NCBI GenBank assembly: GCA_951406725.2
Contig: OX597830.1
Span: 37,138,001 to 37,202,000, forward strand
DNA: 64,000 bases
Direction of reading: 5' to 3'
From: Octopus vulgaris
Taxonomy: Eukaryota
Part shown: in pieces, positions 13,365 through 25,986 of the stretch
Layout of the letters: every line of letters starts with the position of its first letter
Position numbering within the stretch: position 1 is the stretch's first letter
Notes under the pieces: generated by a model
Told to the model about the DNA's origin: nothing
Database searches by the model: none
What the model saw: only the letters and a program-made list of their open reading frames with translations
Made by a program: the position numbers and the translations under genes

Positions 13365-13529
13365 ATGTGTGTGTGTGTGTAATTACGTATGTATGTGTAT
13401 GAGTATGTTTGTGTGTCTATATGAGTCACCCTCACTGTCGCTAGACCACCGATGCTGGTGTATTTACGTCCCTGTAACTTAGCGGCTCGACCGATATAAT
13501 AAGTACTTGGCTTACAAAGAATAAGTCCT
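13171..13529. mobile_element. SINE family A with head half on - (13171-13319) and tail half on + (13405-13529)
   Basis: Each half aligns to family A but in opposite orientations, bounded by TA/TG tracts. Confidence 0.8.
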
Positions 13530-13536
13530 ATGTGTG

Positions 13537-14325
13537 TGTTGGGTTATCCCATAAATTATACTGTTTTTAATATACTTCTTTAATTTCTAACTGTTCTAAC
13601 TTCGTCTACAGAATTCATATTTTTTCCATCCAAATGATTTTGAAGACTAGGGAATAAATGATAATCGGATGGGGCAATGTCCCGCGAATATGGTTGGTGG
13701 GACATAGTTTCCAATTCAAACTGCTCCAGCCTTTGGAACGCCATCTTTGTTGTATGTGGCCGAGCATTATCCTAATGGAAGAGCACTTTTCGTCTTGAAA
13801 CCAAAGATGGTCGTTTTTCTTCTAGTGCTGGTGTCGAAGAATGGTTGAATGACTAAATCCAAGGTTCTCTGCAGGTTCCTCAATAGTTGCAAAGGGATTT
13901 TGCTTGCAGGAGACCTTCGTCAAGCTCGACAGATATTCCAGGATGAGCCTTGTCTTCCAGGCTGTAGTTTCCGGCTCGATGTTTCTGAAACCACCTTTGA
14001 TACTGGCTTATGCTTATTGGCGAATCCCCATATACTGCATTAATACTCCTCTCACTTTCCGTTGTATTGTTGACTTTATTAAACTCATAGAACAAAATAT
14101 GAAGATGCTTCTTTGTCACTTGTAATATAGCTTTGAAAAAACAATATCTGTTAAAATCGAAATGCACTCTTCTTAACTTGCACTATGAATAAGCGGACAG
14201 TAAAAATTAATATCGGCTTTCATAGCAAGTTGATGCAGGTAGTTTATCTGTCCCATGTAGGTAGTTTATACCGGCTCGTAGTTCATGCAATTGAAAAACG
14301 GCATTATTTATGGGATGACCCAATA
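13537..14325 (-). mobile_element. Internally deleted mariner transposon
   Basis: ~33-bp imperfect TIRs (ttgggttatcccataaat / atttatgggatgacccaa); N-terminal HTH (LFYEFNK..INAVYG..QRWFQK.R.GNYSLED) and C-terminal DNARPH...PYSRDIAPSDYHLF (mariner YSPDLAPSD motif). Confidence 0.92.
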
Positions 14326-14327
<2 letters not shown>

Positions 14328-14401
<74 letters not shown>

Positions 14402-14407
14402 GTCATG

Positions 14408-14498
<91 letters not shown>

Positions 14499-14540
14499 GT
14501 CAGTTTGTCTATCTGTCTGTCTGTCTGTCTGTCTGTCTAC
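14328..14540. repeat. (TATC)n/(TGTC)n microsatellite
   Basis: Direct reading. Confidence 0.95.
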
Positions 14541-14679
14541 CATTCTGCCTGTCAGTCTATCTCTGAAAGCAATTTTACAATTATTTGCTCTATACTGAAC
14601 GCCGATGACCGAAACGTCGATGAACTTTCAACAACATTCTTGTTTCAGAATATACATACATATACACACACATATATAC

Positions 14680-14748
<69 letters not shown>

Positions 14749-15263
14749 CATAAATATATATTTGTGTGTGTGTGCATGTGTATATATATATGTGTATATA
14801 TATATAGTTTTATATGTGTACTACTGTTGATATAGCAATGATGCACCGGTGAGCGGATTACCTAGATTTGTCCATAACATTTATTGTATATTCATTTGTA
14901 TCATATAATGGCAAGCATATATATTAATGCAAACATGTGCGAGGCAATTTATTACATACTGAAATTAATACAACATAAAGAAATTTGCGAAACGGCCGTA
15001 ATGAAATGGGAATCAATTAAATAAATGGAACATTCAACTTTCAGAACTCCTGACTTTCTATATACAGTCAAATATGCATACATACATACATACTTACATA
15101 CTTACATACATGCATACATAATACATACATACATAAATACATACATATATATATATACATATATATATATATACATATATATGTATATATGTATTTATGA
15201 TGTATGTATGTTTGTATATATGTAATTTTGTACACACACATATATATGTGTGGTGTGTCTATG

Positions 15264-15319
<56 letters not shown>

Positions 15320-15777
15320 TGCTTAGACGATTGAGAGAGAGAGAGAAGGAGAGAGATTGACAGAGATCAGATCGGGAAAAAGTTACATTGTTCTACTGAT
15401 TTTCTCCAATTGTCGTTGATATACTTCTAACGGTGTTTTAAGCGCGTCTCTTTGTGTTTTGCTTTAAGTAGAGATGAGAATATGATAATTGGAATCTGTG
15501 GTTGAATCGTTACGAGATTCTGGTGCTGCTGCCTTCTGTTTGCGCTACCACTGCTGCTGTTTCTATAAATCTCTTAATACGAAACAATATGGTATGTTTA
15601 CGAATTAAAGCGGGCTTGAAACAAGCAGATCTTTTGGGTTATGCTTTATGAACTTATTTACAGCGAGATCTTTTACATAATTTAACAAATACGTGTTCTG
15701 GTTACAAACATTAAGCAGCTTCGATAAATATCTACAAACCGTTGACATCATGAGTGCATTATCTGTTGTACTACCTA

Positions 15778-16171
15778 TTTCTTTACTACCCACAAGGGGC
15801 TAAACACAGATAGGACAAACAAGGACAGACAAACGGATTAAGTCGATTATATGGATCCCAGTGCGTAACTGGCACATATTTAATAGACCCCGAAAGGATG
15901 AAAGGCAAAGTCGACCTCGGCGGAATTTGAACTCAGAACGTAGCGGCAGACGAAATACAAGGGGCTAAACATAGAGGGGACAAACAAGGGTAGACAAATG
16001 GATTAAATCGATTGCATCGACCCCAGTGCGTAGCTGGTACTTAATTTATCGACCATGAAAGGATGAAAGGCAAGTCGACCTCGGCGGAATTTGAACTCAG
16101 AACGTAACAGCAGACGAAATACCGCTAAGCATTTCGCCCGGCGCGCTAACGTTTTTGCCTGTTCTCCGCTT
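15778..16171 (-). mobile_element. SINE family B head-to-tail dimer with a single TSD
   Basis: Body duplicated with junction gacgaaatac|aaggggctaaac; flanked by atc(t/c)gttgtactaccta at 15761-15777 and 16174-16190. Confidence 0.9.
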
Positions 16172-17378
16172 TAATCCGTTGTACTACCTACTCTGCCAAG
16201 GACTTAAGTTAATACTGATGAACACTATTTGTTATTAAGAATTATTATATATGGTTTCTTTATGTATATTGAAATATGTTTTAAGTTTCAACTTGAAATT
16301 TTCTTTCTATCTAAGTACTTTAAGTGAAACAATATTGTGTCGGCTAATTTGACTCAATGAAAATTTTGACCACCAGTATATTGATTGCAGGCATGCTGGC
16401 ATGAAAATTATGCGATTTACATAAGTATTCTGTTCAAATACGACTAACTGGGAAACTTGAGAGCTATTTCTACATTTTCCTGATTAAAATGGAAGACCAA
16501 TTAATTAATTAATTGGAACAGTGCAAGTAGTAAATTATTACAAACAAAGCTTCCTTTATTCTAATGAATAAAAGTAGCAAATTAAAACAGACGATCAAAG
16601 TATCATTGGGAAAGTTAATGATACAGACAATCATTTTAACGTCTGTATCTTTAAATACGCAGGGAAAATGTGAGTCTGAAGAAATCCATGGGCTTTTCAA
16701 GTTTTAGGAAAAATAATCCAACACTGAGCGGGTTGTAGGATAGTCATAGCAAGTTTGACCAGAGGACAGGTTAAAAAATGCATGAATTGATATTGAATGA
16801 AATGTTACGCGCAGTAATTGTAGAACAAGAAGAGGGAAGAAGAACTACATTTGTGAACTGATGATTGCAATGTAGTATTGAACGATTATGAGCGTACTTG
16901 TTGGTAAATTAGCTCTGTGATGTTTGTATCAATGGCCATTCCAACAGGCAGCTATATTGCGATCATTAGAACCATGGTTTGAATATTTTGCGATCGATAT
17001 TGTGTTCATTATTCAAATCCAGTATGTACAATCCTTGCCTTTTATTTTTTCGGAGTCAATAAACAAAGTACCACTCAAGCAGTGACGTCGATTTTATCGC
17101 TGTAATTATTTTTCTCGTTCTCACGCATAATCAGCAATATGGAAAGGCCGTGAAAGTAGCACTTCCATCAAGATAGCACCACCCCTTTCATGGGCATTCT
17201 GCGGACGGCGCATCAATGAAGTTTGAAAAAAAATAACATCCTTACTGATATGTACTCCAAAGAAGGTCGCACCTGAAACTTGATGAAAGTGAGTAACTCA
17301 TTGAGAATGAGGTATGTTCTCGCTATGAAGAACAGGCCTAATTTTGGCTATGACACACACATACACATACTCATATAT

Positions 17379-17536
17379 ATACGACGGGCTTCTTTCAGTT
17401 TCCGTCTATCAAAATCTACTCACAAGGCCCGAGGCTATATTAGAAAACACTTGTCTAAGATGCCACGCAGTGGAACTGAACCTGGAACCATGTGGTTAGG
17501 AAGCAAGCTTCTTACCACACATCCACTACTGCACCT
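17379..17536 (-). mobile_element. SINE family A, 5' half
   Basis: acgacgggcttctttcagtttccgtc...caagcttcttaccacac. Confidence 0.85.
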
Positions 17537-18525
17537 CTATGTATGAGAACACTCTAAAGGATAATTGGGAAGCGTGAAGCGAAACCGCAGCTTGAAGATC
17601 TAAATGAGCGTTTTTTTTTGTGTATAAGAAACAGTTGTTATTTTATTTTGTAGAGCGTGTGTAACATGGTGCTCTTGTCAACTATTAAATCGCCCTATTA
17701 ACATTTGAGATTTATTTTGAGATCGATTTTCATTGATGAAGTTGATGTTTGGCGTAAGGTGAGATGTATTCGTAGCGAGTTGATGATACTAGAGTGACGA
17801 GATATAAAGAGAAGGCAGTGGCAACACCTGCATAAAACCATGTATTATTCTATGTGTTTGAAGAGTCTTTAGAATTCAAGGGATGTAACTTAATATTTTG
17901 AGTGCACCAATGTTGACAAACTTTCTCATCGGAAAATGAGCCGTTGCAGTAAAAAATTCTGATAAAAGGATTTGAGGTTGGAGATAAATGTAATTCATGT
18001 AATTCATATACAGGGTGTCCTCAAACAATCGAATGTCCTAGTGATTGACAAATACATCTTAGCCAATTAGAAACATAAAAAATATTGCGCAATTAACCTT
18101 TGAGGGCATCAAAACCTATTTTACCGTACCTCTGTGACCTACTCACTGAGGTTACAGACGTGCGTCGAAAATGTTGATATCTCAACAAATAGATGTAAAG
18201 TCAACAGTTTTAAAAAAAAATTTATATTCAAATACCTAAAATAAATCTTCTACTATGTAATTACTAGACAAGTACAACTCCACAATAAAACACTACTTAT
18301 AACGAATATCTGAAAAAGAACTTCATGCTTTGAGATCGACGCAAGTAGGCCTCCAGTAATCTGGTTTTGCAAAAATGATATTGATTGTCATTCAGTTGGT
18401 AATCATGATGACGACAATCGCTATCACATTTAAAATATTGGATTCGAAGCCGAAAATCAGTTGTTATCAAATTCAGGGAATTGACTTTTCACAGAAATGG
18501 AAGGCTATAGAATGTTGCGGGAAGA

Positions 18526-18749
18526 AAGGGCGGTGAGCTGGCAGAAACGTTAGCGCTCCGGGCGAAATGCTTTGCGGTATTTCGTCTGTCGTTACGTTCT
18601 GAGTTCAAATTCCGCCGAGGTCGACTTTGCCTTTCATCCTTTCGGGGTCGATAAATAGAGTACCAGTTTCGCACTGGTGTCGATGTAATCGACTTAATCC
18701 CTTTGTTTGTCCCCTCTATGTTTAGCCCCTTGTGGGCAATAAAGAAATA
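18526..18749 (+). mobile_element. SINE family B with 20-bp TSD
   Basis: Full copy; tatagaatgttgc(g/a)ggaaga at 18506-18525 and 18750-18769. Confidence 0.93.
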
Positions 18750-21382
18750 TATAGAATGTTGCAGGAAGAGAGAAAATGCCTTTTGAATGGGAAAATATTT
18801 TGAATTCCGATTAAGGGTCGACAGAACGTCAGAAGCATTTGCTTTCGTTGGAGTTATCGGATTCGTGCTTTCCACCTGTGTCTACCTAATTCTGAGACAA
18901 GTGAAGTGGAGACGAATATGTCAGAAGTAGTTTCCTAGAGCGTGATTTGGAAGCAGATTAAACAGTAAAAGTATAAATTTTTATTCACCGAGAGTGCTAC
19001 TTACAGAGCCATCTAGTTTTACAAAAGACACTTGAAGGAGACAAGTGAAGTGGGAAATGATTTCAACAAAGAGATAAAACATTATTTTCGATACTTGTCA
19101 TTAACTTATCGATTTGTTTACATTAACATGAATAAAATTTTTACAGCAAAGGAGAATAGTAGCTGCTATTGTTTAGTCCACGCCAAGCGTAAGTAAAGTT
19201 GTGCAGCTAAGTTTTTAGGGTTGTTGGGATCGGATCATTAGGTCGAGTGTTCGATTCAGGCATGAATATTTGAAATTTTGTTGTCAGCATTGCAGTTTCA
19301 ATTCTTAGTGGATTCCCCACTTCATTTGCGTGTGTAATTTTTGAAACTAGATTTCTCTGTGAGTACTTTACTTGCAACGCCACTCCCTATTTACTTGAAA
19401 ACTACTAAATATTTGTCCCCATTTTCTTTGTCTCTTAATCACCTACACTCAATATCTTGGAACAAGGTAGTCCATTTCACGCTGTTCCTCTCCACTCAAC
19501 TGGGTATTAATTCTAGAAGCAAATGGAAGTTACTCCTTCAACGTATTTGGGACACGTTCAAGTGGGAGTTTTGTGCTCTCAGTAAAAAAACTCCCAGAAA
19601 TTTAGTTAAGCTCCAGTGTCGGGACCATCTCAGCTTGAGGCGGACTAAGAAGGTTAGTTCTGATTGAACCGATCGGTTAGCAAAAATATTCAACCATATC
19701 CATTCCTTCTTTTGCCAGTGTAAATTAAACAAATTACCAGTTTCTTTAACATATTTAAAGACGTAACGTGTGGTTTCAGAACAATTAAGCTGCTATTTTC
19801 TGTGCGTAGAATAACCATTTAGAAACCTTATTTGTAATTAACCTCAAATGAAGCAAAGCAAAAATTCGAACTCAAATCACAGAAGAAAAATAAATGACGT
19901 ATGCAATTTTGCCCAATACACAACAGTTCCTTCCACGTTTGCACTTTTATACGAACAAATGAAATTAGCACAAACCCATCTCTGATATTTCGATATTTAA
20001 CATAAATCAAATATGATTTGACACCCATGTCATGTGTGTTTTCGTACTCCTGTTTATAATAAAACATGGAGCGTCAATCATTATCTTTCTACACCTTACT
20101 AAATTTATTGAGCGTGAAGCTTAATTAATTCTAATGTAAGATTTAAGATTCCACAACCATTAATTATTTTGAAACTGATACTGAATCTGGCGAATATCAT
20201 TGAAATACCTAAAACCGCAATATTCATAATTAGTGAAGCGGACGTTCATAAAATGCATTGAAATATTTTACAAGTGAAAAATTTAGGGTGAATTATTATT
20301 CACTGAGGAATAATGAGAATATAATATAAATGGTTTCTTCTATAAAATATCTTAGTAATTAAATGAATTGAAAATGGTTTTCTCGTTACACAAATCTCAG
20401 TCAATGCTTCAACAAGTATTCAGAAATATCTGCTTTTATTGCATGTTGATGTCCAAATATTTCAAATAAGAAGAATGAAGAAGATAATGTTTCACATTGG
20501 AATTTAGACAGAAGATCCGTATTTAATCTGATGCTGTGTATTATATTTGACAGTTTCACATAAAAGATTTACTTTTATAAAAACTGGTTACATGTTTCAT
20601 TCGTGATACCAATAAAAGACTGGCGTATTAAATTTATAACCACAAAGGACCATAAAAAACATTAAACAACTAGATAAAAACTTAAAAACTGACGAGGTAC
20701 TTGTTTAATTCCAGATGTGTTTGGAATGAGCTGACCAATAATAAGAGGCTTTGCATTTGTAATCATCTTGTTTAAATTCCAGATATATATCTAGCATCAT
20801 ATGGTTTAGCTTGTACTTTCTTGTTCGAGACGCTAAAGAAAGTGTTGTTGCTATTTTCAGCCGATCGAGTAACCTGACAGGATTTGAATTTTGAGGAATG
20901 TAACTAAATACACTCAGCTATTTAGTTCTTAGTTCTTGTGAAATATCTAACAAAACTCTGTATTACAAAATATCGTAAATTGACTGAGGCTAACTAGCCA
21001 TAACAAACGTAAAACGGTTTAGAAAAACATTCAAATATGATCAGTCTCTGATAAAGATAGGAATTGAATATTTAATTGCAATTATGTATACGATTTTAAG
21101 CCATTTAGCTGCATCATTTCATTCAATTAGAATGAAATGATTATTATATTAAAATTAACGCACAGACACTCAGCATCTTGTAGTAAGAAATTCATTTTAG
21201 ATGATCTGTATTCCTTTCTCTGAACCAAAGAATTTCGCCCCCCTCCCCCCACCAACACACAAGCACACGTAAGAGAGATAATTTGAATGAATGATTACAT
21301 GCTGCAAGCACAATTAAGTTGTGGTTTTAGGTAATTTCTCATTGAAGCCAACATACTTACTACCGGTTATAGGATGAAAATT

Positions 21383-21900
<518 letters not shown>

Positions 21901-22579
21901 TATATAATACGTACAAATTTGTCTACGTGTGAGTGCGAGTGGGTTGTGTGTAAGTGAATGCTCAGCAAAGGAAAATATCGCCCCTAACTGGTAGGAAGAT
22001 GAGTCGAAAATGAAAGAGAGAGACATAGAAAGGAAATTATGAAATAGCTGAGTGTAAAGTACTTGGAATTGGCTATAAATCTGAGATGATGGTTGGGGAA
22101 ACGAATAATAATACATTTGGCTAATACACAAGGTCTGGCTGACAGATGTGAATATGATATATCTAGTGTAAAAGGGACGGGATCAACATAGTTACGCCCA
22201 ACGAACATTATCAGGTAATTAGCGAGTAAATTAAACATTTACGGTTATTCAATATTCAACATTAATTCCTTGTGTTACGAAAGGCGATGCAGCGAATGTT
22301 CAGTGAAACGTAAAACAGGACAATTATAGATTAAAGACAGAATAAATCAGATTTACCGTAACATAACATATGTAAATACGCACATATTCAAATTCCCATG
22401 CATATTTATGAACAAATAAAAGGAGTCACACTCATTCCACATGCTGGATGAGATAATCTATCGACACTAACTTATATACACACACATATATAATTCATAT
22501 ACACATACATATATATAATATATATATATATATACTAGATTTCTAAATCTCTCGTAGAGACATGTACGGTGGTGGGGCG

Positions 22580-22811
22580 ATAGAATGGTTGTATCCTGTC
22601 AATCTAACACGAACGTGACAGCAGGGGGGTACACCACCGCTGTTTAGCCCGAGGAAGCATCGACGCCTCCTGATGGCTTTCAATCGTGAATGTATATAAG
22701 GACACAGGAAAAAAATGTCAAAGCCATCAGGAGGCGTCGACGCTTCCTAGGGCTAAACAGCGGTGTGTACCCCCGTACTGTCACGTTCGTGTTAGATTGA
22801 CAGTATACAAC

Positions 22812-22819
<8 letters not shown>
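22580..22819. repeat. GC-rich foldback element, ~100-bp arms with 39-bp loop
   Basis: 22580-22680 is a near-perfect reverse complement of 22720-22819; right arm ends at (TA)n. Confidence 0.9.
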
Positions 22820-22866
<47 letters not shown>

Positions 22867-22979
22867 GAGGGCATTATACATACATGCCAAACGCTAAGAG
22901 GGACAATTAGTCATTTCTACCAAAAATATTACTAATCCCACCGAATGCAATTTTTCAAAGTAAGACATTTAAAAAATAT

Positions 22980-23027
22980 AGACCTGTATCACAGTGATTT
23001 CATACTTACGTACTCATCAGCAGGCCT
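22980..23027 (-). ncRNA. Type I hammerhead ribozyme
   Basis: AGGCCUG-CUGAUGA-GUAC(GUAA)GUAU-GAAA-UCAC(U)GUGA-UA^CAGGUCU; 7-bp stem I, 4-bp stem II, palindromic stem III, AUA cleavage triplet. Confidence 0.88.
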
Positions 23028-23436
23028 GAATGTATTATAAATAAACAACGACCCTGCCCCGCTTAAGCCGATCAACTAACTGCTCGACATCAACGAAGCA
23101 CATGGGTGAGTTTACATATATTACATCCGGATAAATGGCAAACTTTTACGAATTGCATTTCGGGAGAGGAAAAGTTTTTTCGGAATAAAAATTTAGCAAT
23201 TAAGGACAACTACTTAATAAGGAAAACTTAACAAGAAATTGTCAGGTAGATAGCGTAAAAACCTCATAAGAGAAAAAATTTCGAAAATAATTATTTCTTA
23301 TTGAACATATTAATTTATATATAGAGGGCATTATACATACATGCCAAACGCTAAGAGGGACAATTAGTCATTTCTACCAAAAATATTACTAATCCCACCG
23401 AATGCAATTTTTCAAAGTAAGACATTTAAAAAATAT

Positions 23437-23484
23437 AGACCTGTATCACAGTGATTTCATACTTACGTACTCATCAGCAGGCCT
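23437..23484 (-). ncRNA. Type I hammerhead ribozyme (second tandem unit)
   Basis: Identical to 22980-23027, exactly 457 bp away. Confidence 0.88.
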
Positions 23485-24305
23485 GAATGTATTATAAATA
23501 AACAACGACCCTGCCCCGCTTAAGCCGATCAGCTAACTGCTCGACATCAACGAAGCACATGGGTGAGTTTACATATATTACATCCGGATAAATGGCAAAC
23601 TTTTACGAATTGCATTTCGGGAGAGGAAAAGTTTTTTCGGAATAAAAATTTAGCAATTAAGGACAACTACTTAATAAGGAAAACTTAACAAGAAATTGTC
23701 AGGTAGATAGCGTAAAAACCTCATAAGAGAAAAAATTTCGAAAATAATTATTTCTTATTGAACATATTAATTTATATATAGAGGGCATTATACATACATG
23801 CCAAACGCTAAGAGGGACAATTAGTCATTTCTACCAAAAATATTACTAATCCCACCGAATGCAATTTTTCAAAGTAAGACATTTAAAAAATATAGACCTG
23901 TATCACAGTGATTTCATACTTACGTACTCCATTCGGTGGGATTAGTAATATTTTTGGTAGAAATGACTAATTGTCCCTCTTAGCGTTTGGCATGTATGTA
24001 TAATGCCCTCTATATATAAATTAATATGTTCAATAAGAAATAATTATTTTCGAAATTTTTTCTCTTATGAGGTTTTACGCTATCTACCTGACAATTTCTT
24101 GTTAAGTTTTCCTTATTAAGTAGTTGTCCTTAATTGCTAAATTTTTATTCCGAAAAAACTTTTCCTCTCCCGAAATGCAATTCGTAAAAGTTTGCCATTT
24201 ATCCGGATGTAATATATGTAAACTCACCCATGTGCTTCGTTGATGTCGAGCAGTTAGCTGATCGGCTTAAGCGGGGCAGGGTCGTTGTTTATTTATAATA
24301 CATTC

Positions 24306-24353
24306 AGGCCTGCTGATGAGTACGTAAGTATGAAATCACTGTGATACAGGTCT
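24306..24353 (+). ncRNA. Type I hammerhead ribozyme (inverted arm)
   Basis: aggcctg ctgatga gtac gtaa gtat gaaa tcac t gtga ta caggtct; predicted cleavage after 24346. Confidence 0.88.
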
Positions 24354-24586
24354 ATATTTTTTAAATGTCTTACTTTGAAAAATTGCATTCGGTGGGATTA
24401 GTAATATTTTTGGTAGAAATGACTAATTGTCCCTCTTAGCGTTTGGCATGTATGTATAATGCCCTCTCTATATAAATTAATATGTTCAATAAGAAATAAT
24501 TATTTTCGAAATTTTTTCTCTTATGAGGTTTTTACGCTATCTACCTGACAATTTCTTGTTAAGTTTTCCTTATTAAGTAGTTGTCC

Positions 24587-24645
<59 letters not shown>

Positions 24646-24677
24646 ATATATATATATATATATACATATATTTATAT

Positions 24678-24984
24678 ATGAGGATAATATCGATATTTAA
24701 GTATCCATATTATCAAGTGGCCAGCATGGGAAAAATACCGTACAAAGGTAATAATTTTTAACAATTAAAAATGAGGGTGTCTAAGAGCCACCAACATGCC
24801 GAAATAGCAGTCGAAACTCTGACTATAAAAACCACGTTAAGTGTTCGTATCGCACCATGAGATAAGACAGAGGGACAAAATATACAAGCAAAAATTATTG
24901 AATAATTCAAGATCCAGGATTTCTGGTTTTGCTTTAAATAAGCTTTACCGTCATCGGTTGAATATATCAAGAGTACATAAATAC

Positions 24985-25044
<60 letters not shown>

Positions 25045-25120
25045 GTATCTCATGGTGCAATACGAACACTTAACGTGGTTTTTATAGTCAGAGTTTCGAC
25101 TGCTATTTCGGCATGTTGGT
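24678..25120 (-). mobile_element. Small HHR-bearing, (TA)n-inserted Penelope-like element with partial inverted copy
   Basis: Unique block between TA tracts; ~24790-24864 is repeated inverted at ~25047-25120; contains HHR-like motif and the shared terminal motif. Confidence 0.7.
24905..24963 (-). ncRNA. Hammerhead-like motif with variant CCGAUGA core
   Basis: AUUCAA-CCGAUGA-cGGU..GCU..AGC..ACCa-GAAA-UCC(U)GGA-UC^UUGAAU; 6-bp stem I, palindromic stem III, AUC site. Confidence 0.65.
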
Positions 25121-25130
25121 TATATATACA

Positions 25131-25163
<33 letters not shown>

Positions 25164-25168
25164 GTATA

Positions 25169-25200
<32 letters not shown>

Positions 25201-25221
25201 CATATGTGTGTGTGCGTGTGT

Positions 25222-25510
25222 GTGGAGACGCAATGGCCCGTGGTTAGAGCAGCTGACTCGCGGTTGTAGGATCACGGTTTCGATTCCCAGACCGGGCGTT
25301 GTGAGTGTTTATTGAGCGAAAACACCTAAAGCTCTACGAGGCTCCGACAGGGGGTGGTGGCGATCCCGGTTGTATTCTTTCGCCACAACTTTCTCTCACT
25401 CTTTCTTCTGTTGGCCTTCTGGTGGTGCCATTTGAAGGCTAAAACAATGCGAAGCGCGACCAGCGATGTATAGCAACATCTGATAGCCTGGTCGCTCACG
25501 GTAATCACGG

Positions 25511-25512
<2 letters not shown>
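25222..25512 (+). mobile_element. SINE family D (tRNA-derived)
   Basis: ggagacgcaatggcccgtggttag...ggtttcgattccc head; short tandem tail tcacggtaa; second copy at 34710-34984. Confidence 0.88.
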
Positions 25513-25568
<56 letters not shown>

Positions 25569-25570
<2 letters not shown>

Positions 25571-25781
25571 TCTTTTATTATTTTACTTGTTTCAGTTATT
25601 TGACTGCGGCTATGCTGGAGCACCACCTTTTAGTCGAGCAAATCGCCCCAAGACTTATTCTTTGTAAGTCTAGTACTTATTCTATCGGGCTTTTATTGCC
25701 GAACTGCTAAGTTACGGGGGCGTAAACACACTAGCATTGCATGTCAAGCGATGTTGGGGTGGTGGTAACAAACACAGACAT

Positions 25782-25825
<44 letters not shown>

Positions 25826-25986
25826 ACACATATATGTATACATATATACGATGGGCTTCTTTCAGTTTCCGTCTACCAAATCCACTCACAAGGCTTTGGT
25901 CGGCCCGAGGCTATAGTAGAAGACACTTGCCCATGGTGCCACGCAGTGGTACTGAACCCAGAATCATGTGGTTGGTAAGCAAGCTA
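25569..25986 (-). mobile_element. SINE family A
   Basis: Homology to the other copies; internal (CA)n. Confidence 0.9.

Larger units (their letters stand above)
22861..24590. mobile_element. 457-bp tandem array (~2.3 units) plus ~660-bp inverted copy; hammerhead-containing retrozyme/Penelope-like element in (TA)n
   Basis: gagggcattatac recurs at 22867, 23324 and 23781 (period 457); 23930-24590 is the reverse complement of ~23200-23861; units nearly identical; both ends in TA tracts. Confidence 0.9.

Noticed and set aside
19341-19667. 108-aa ORF with a possible donor gttagt
   Set aside because: No recognisable motif or clear acceptor; cannot be supported
22861-23929. Tandem array considered as CRISPR or a coding repeat
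   Set aside because: No repeat-spacer structure, eukaryotic context and no ORF in the unit
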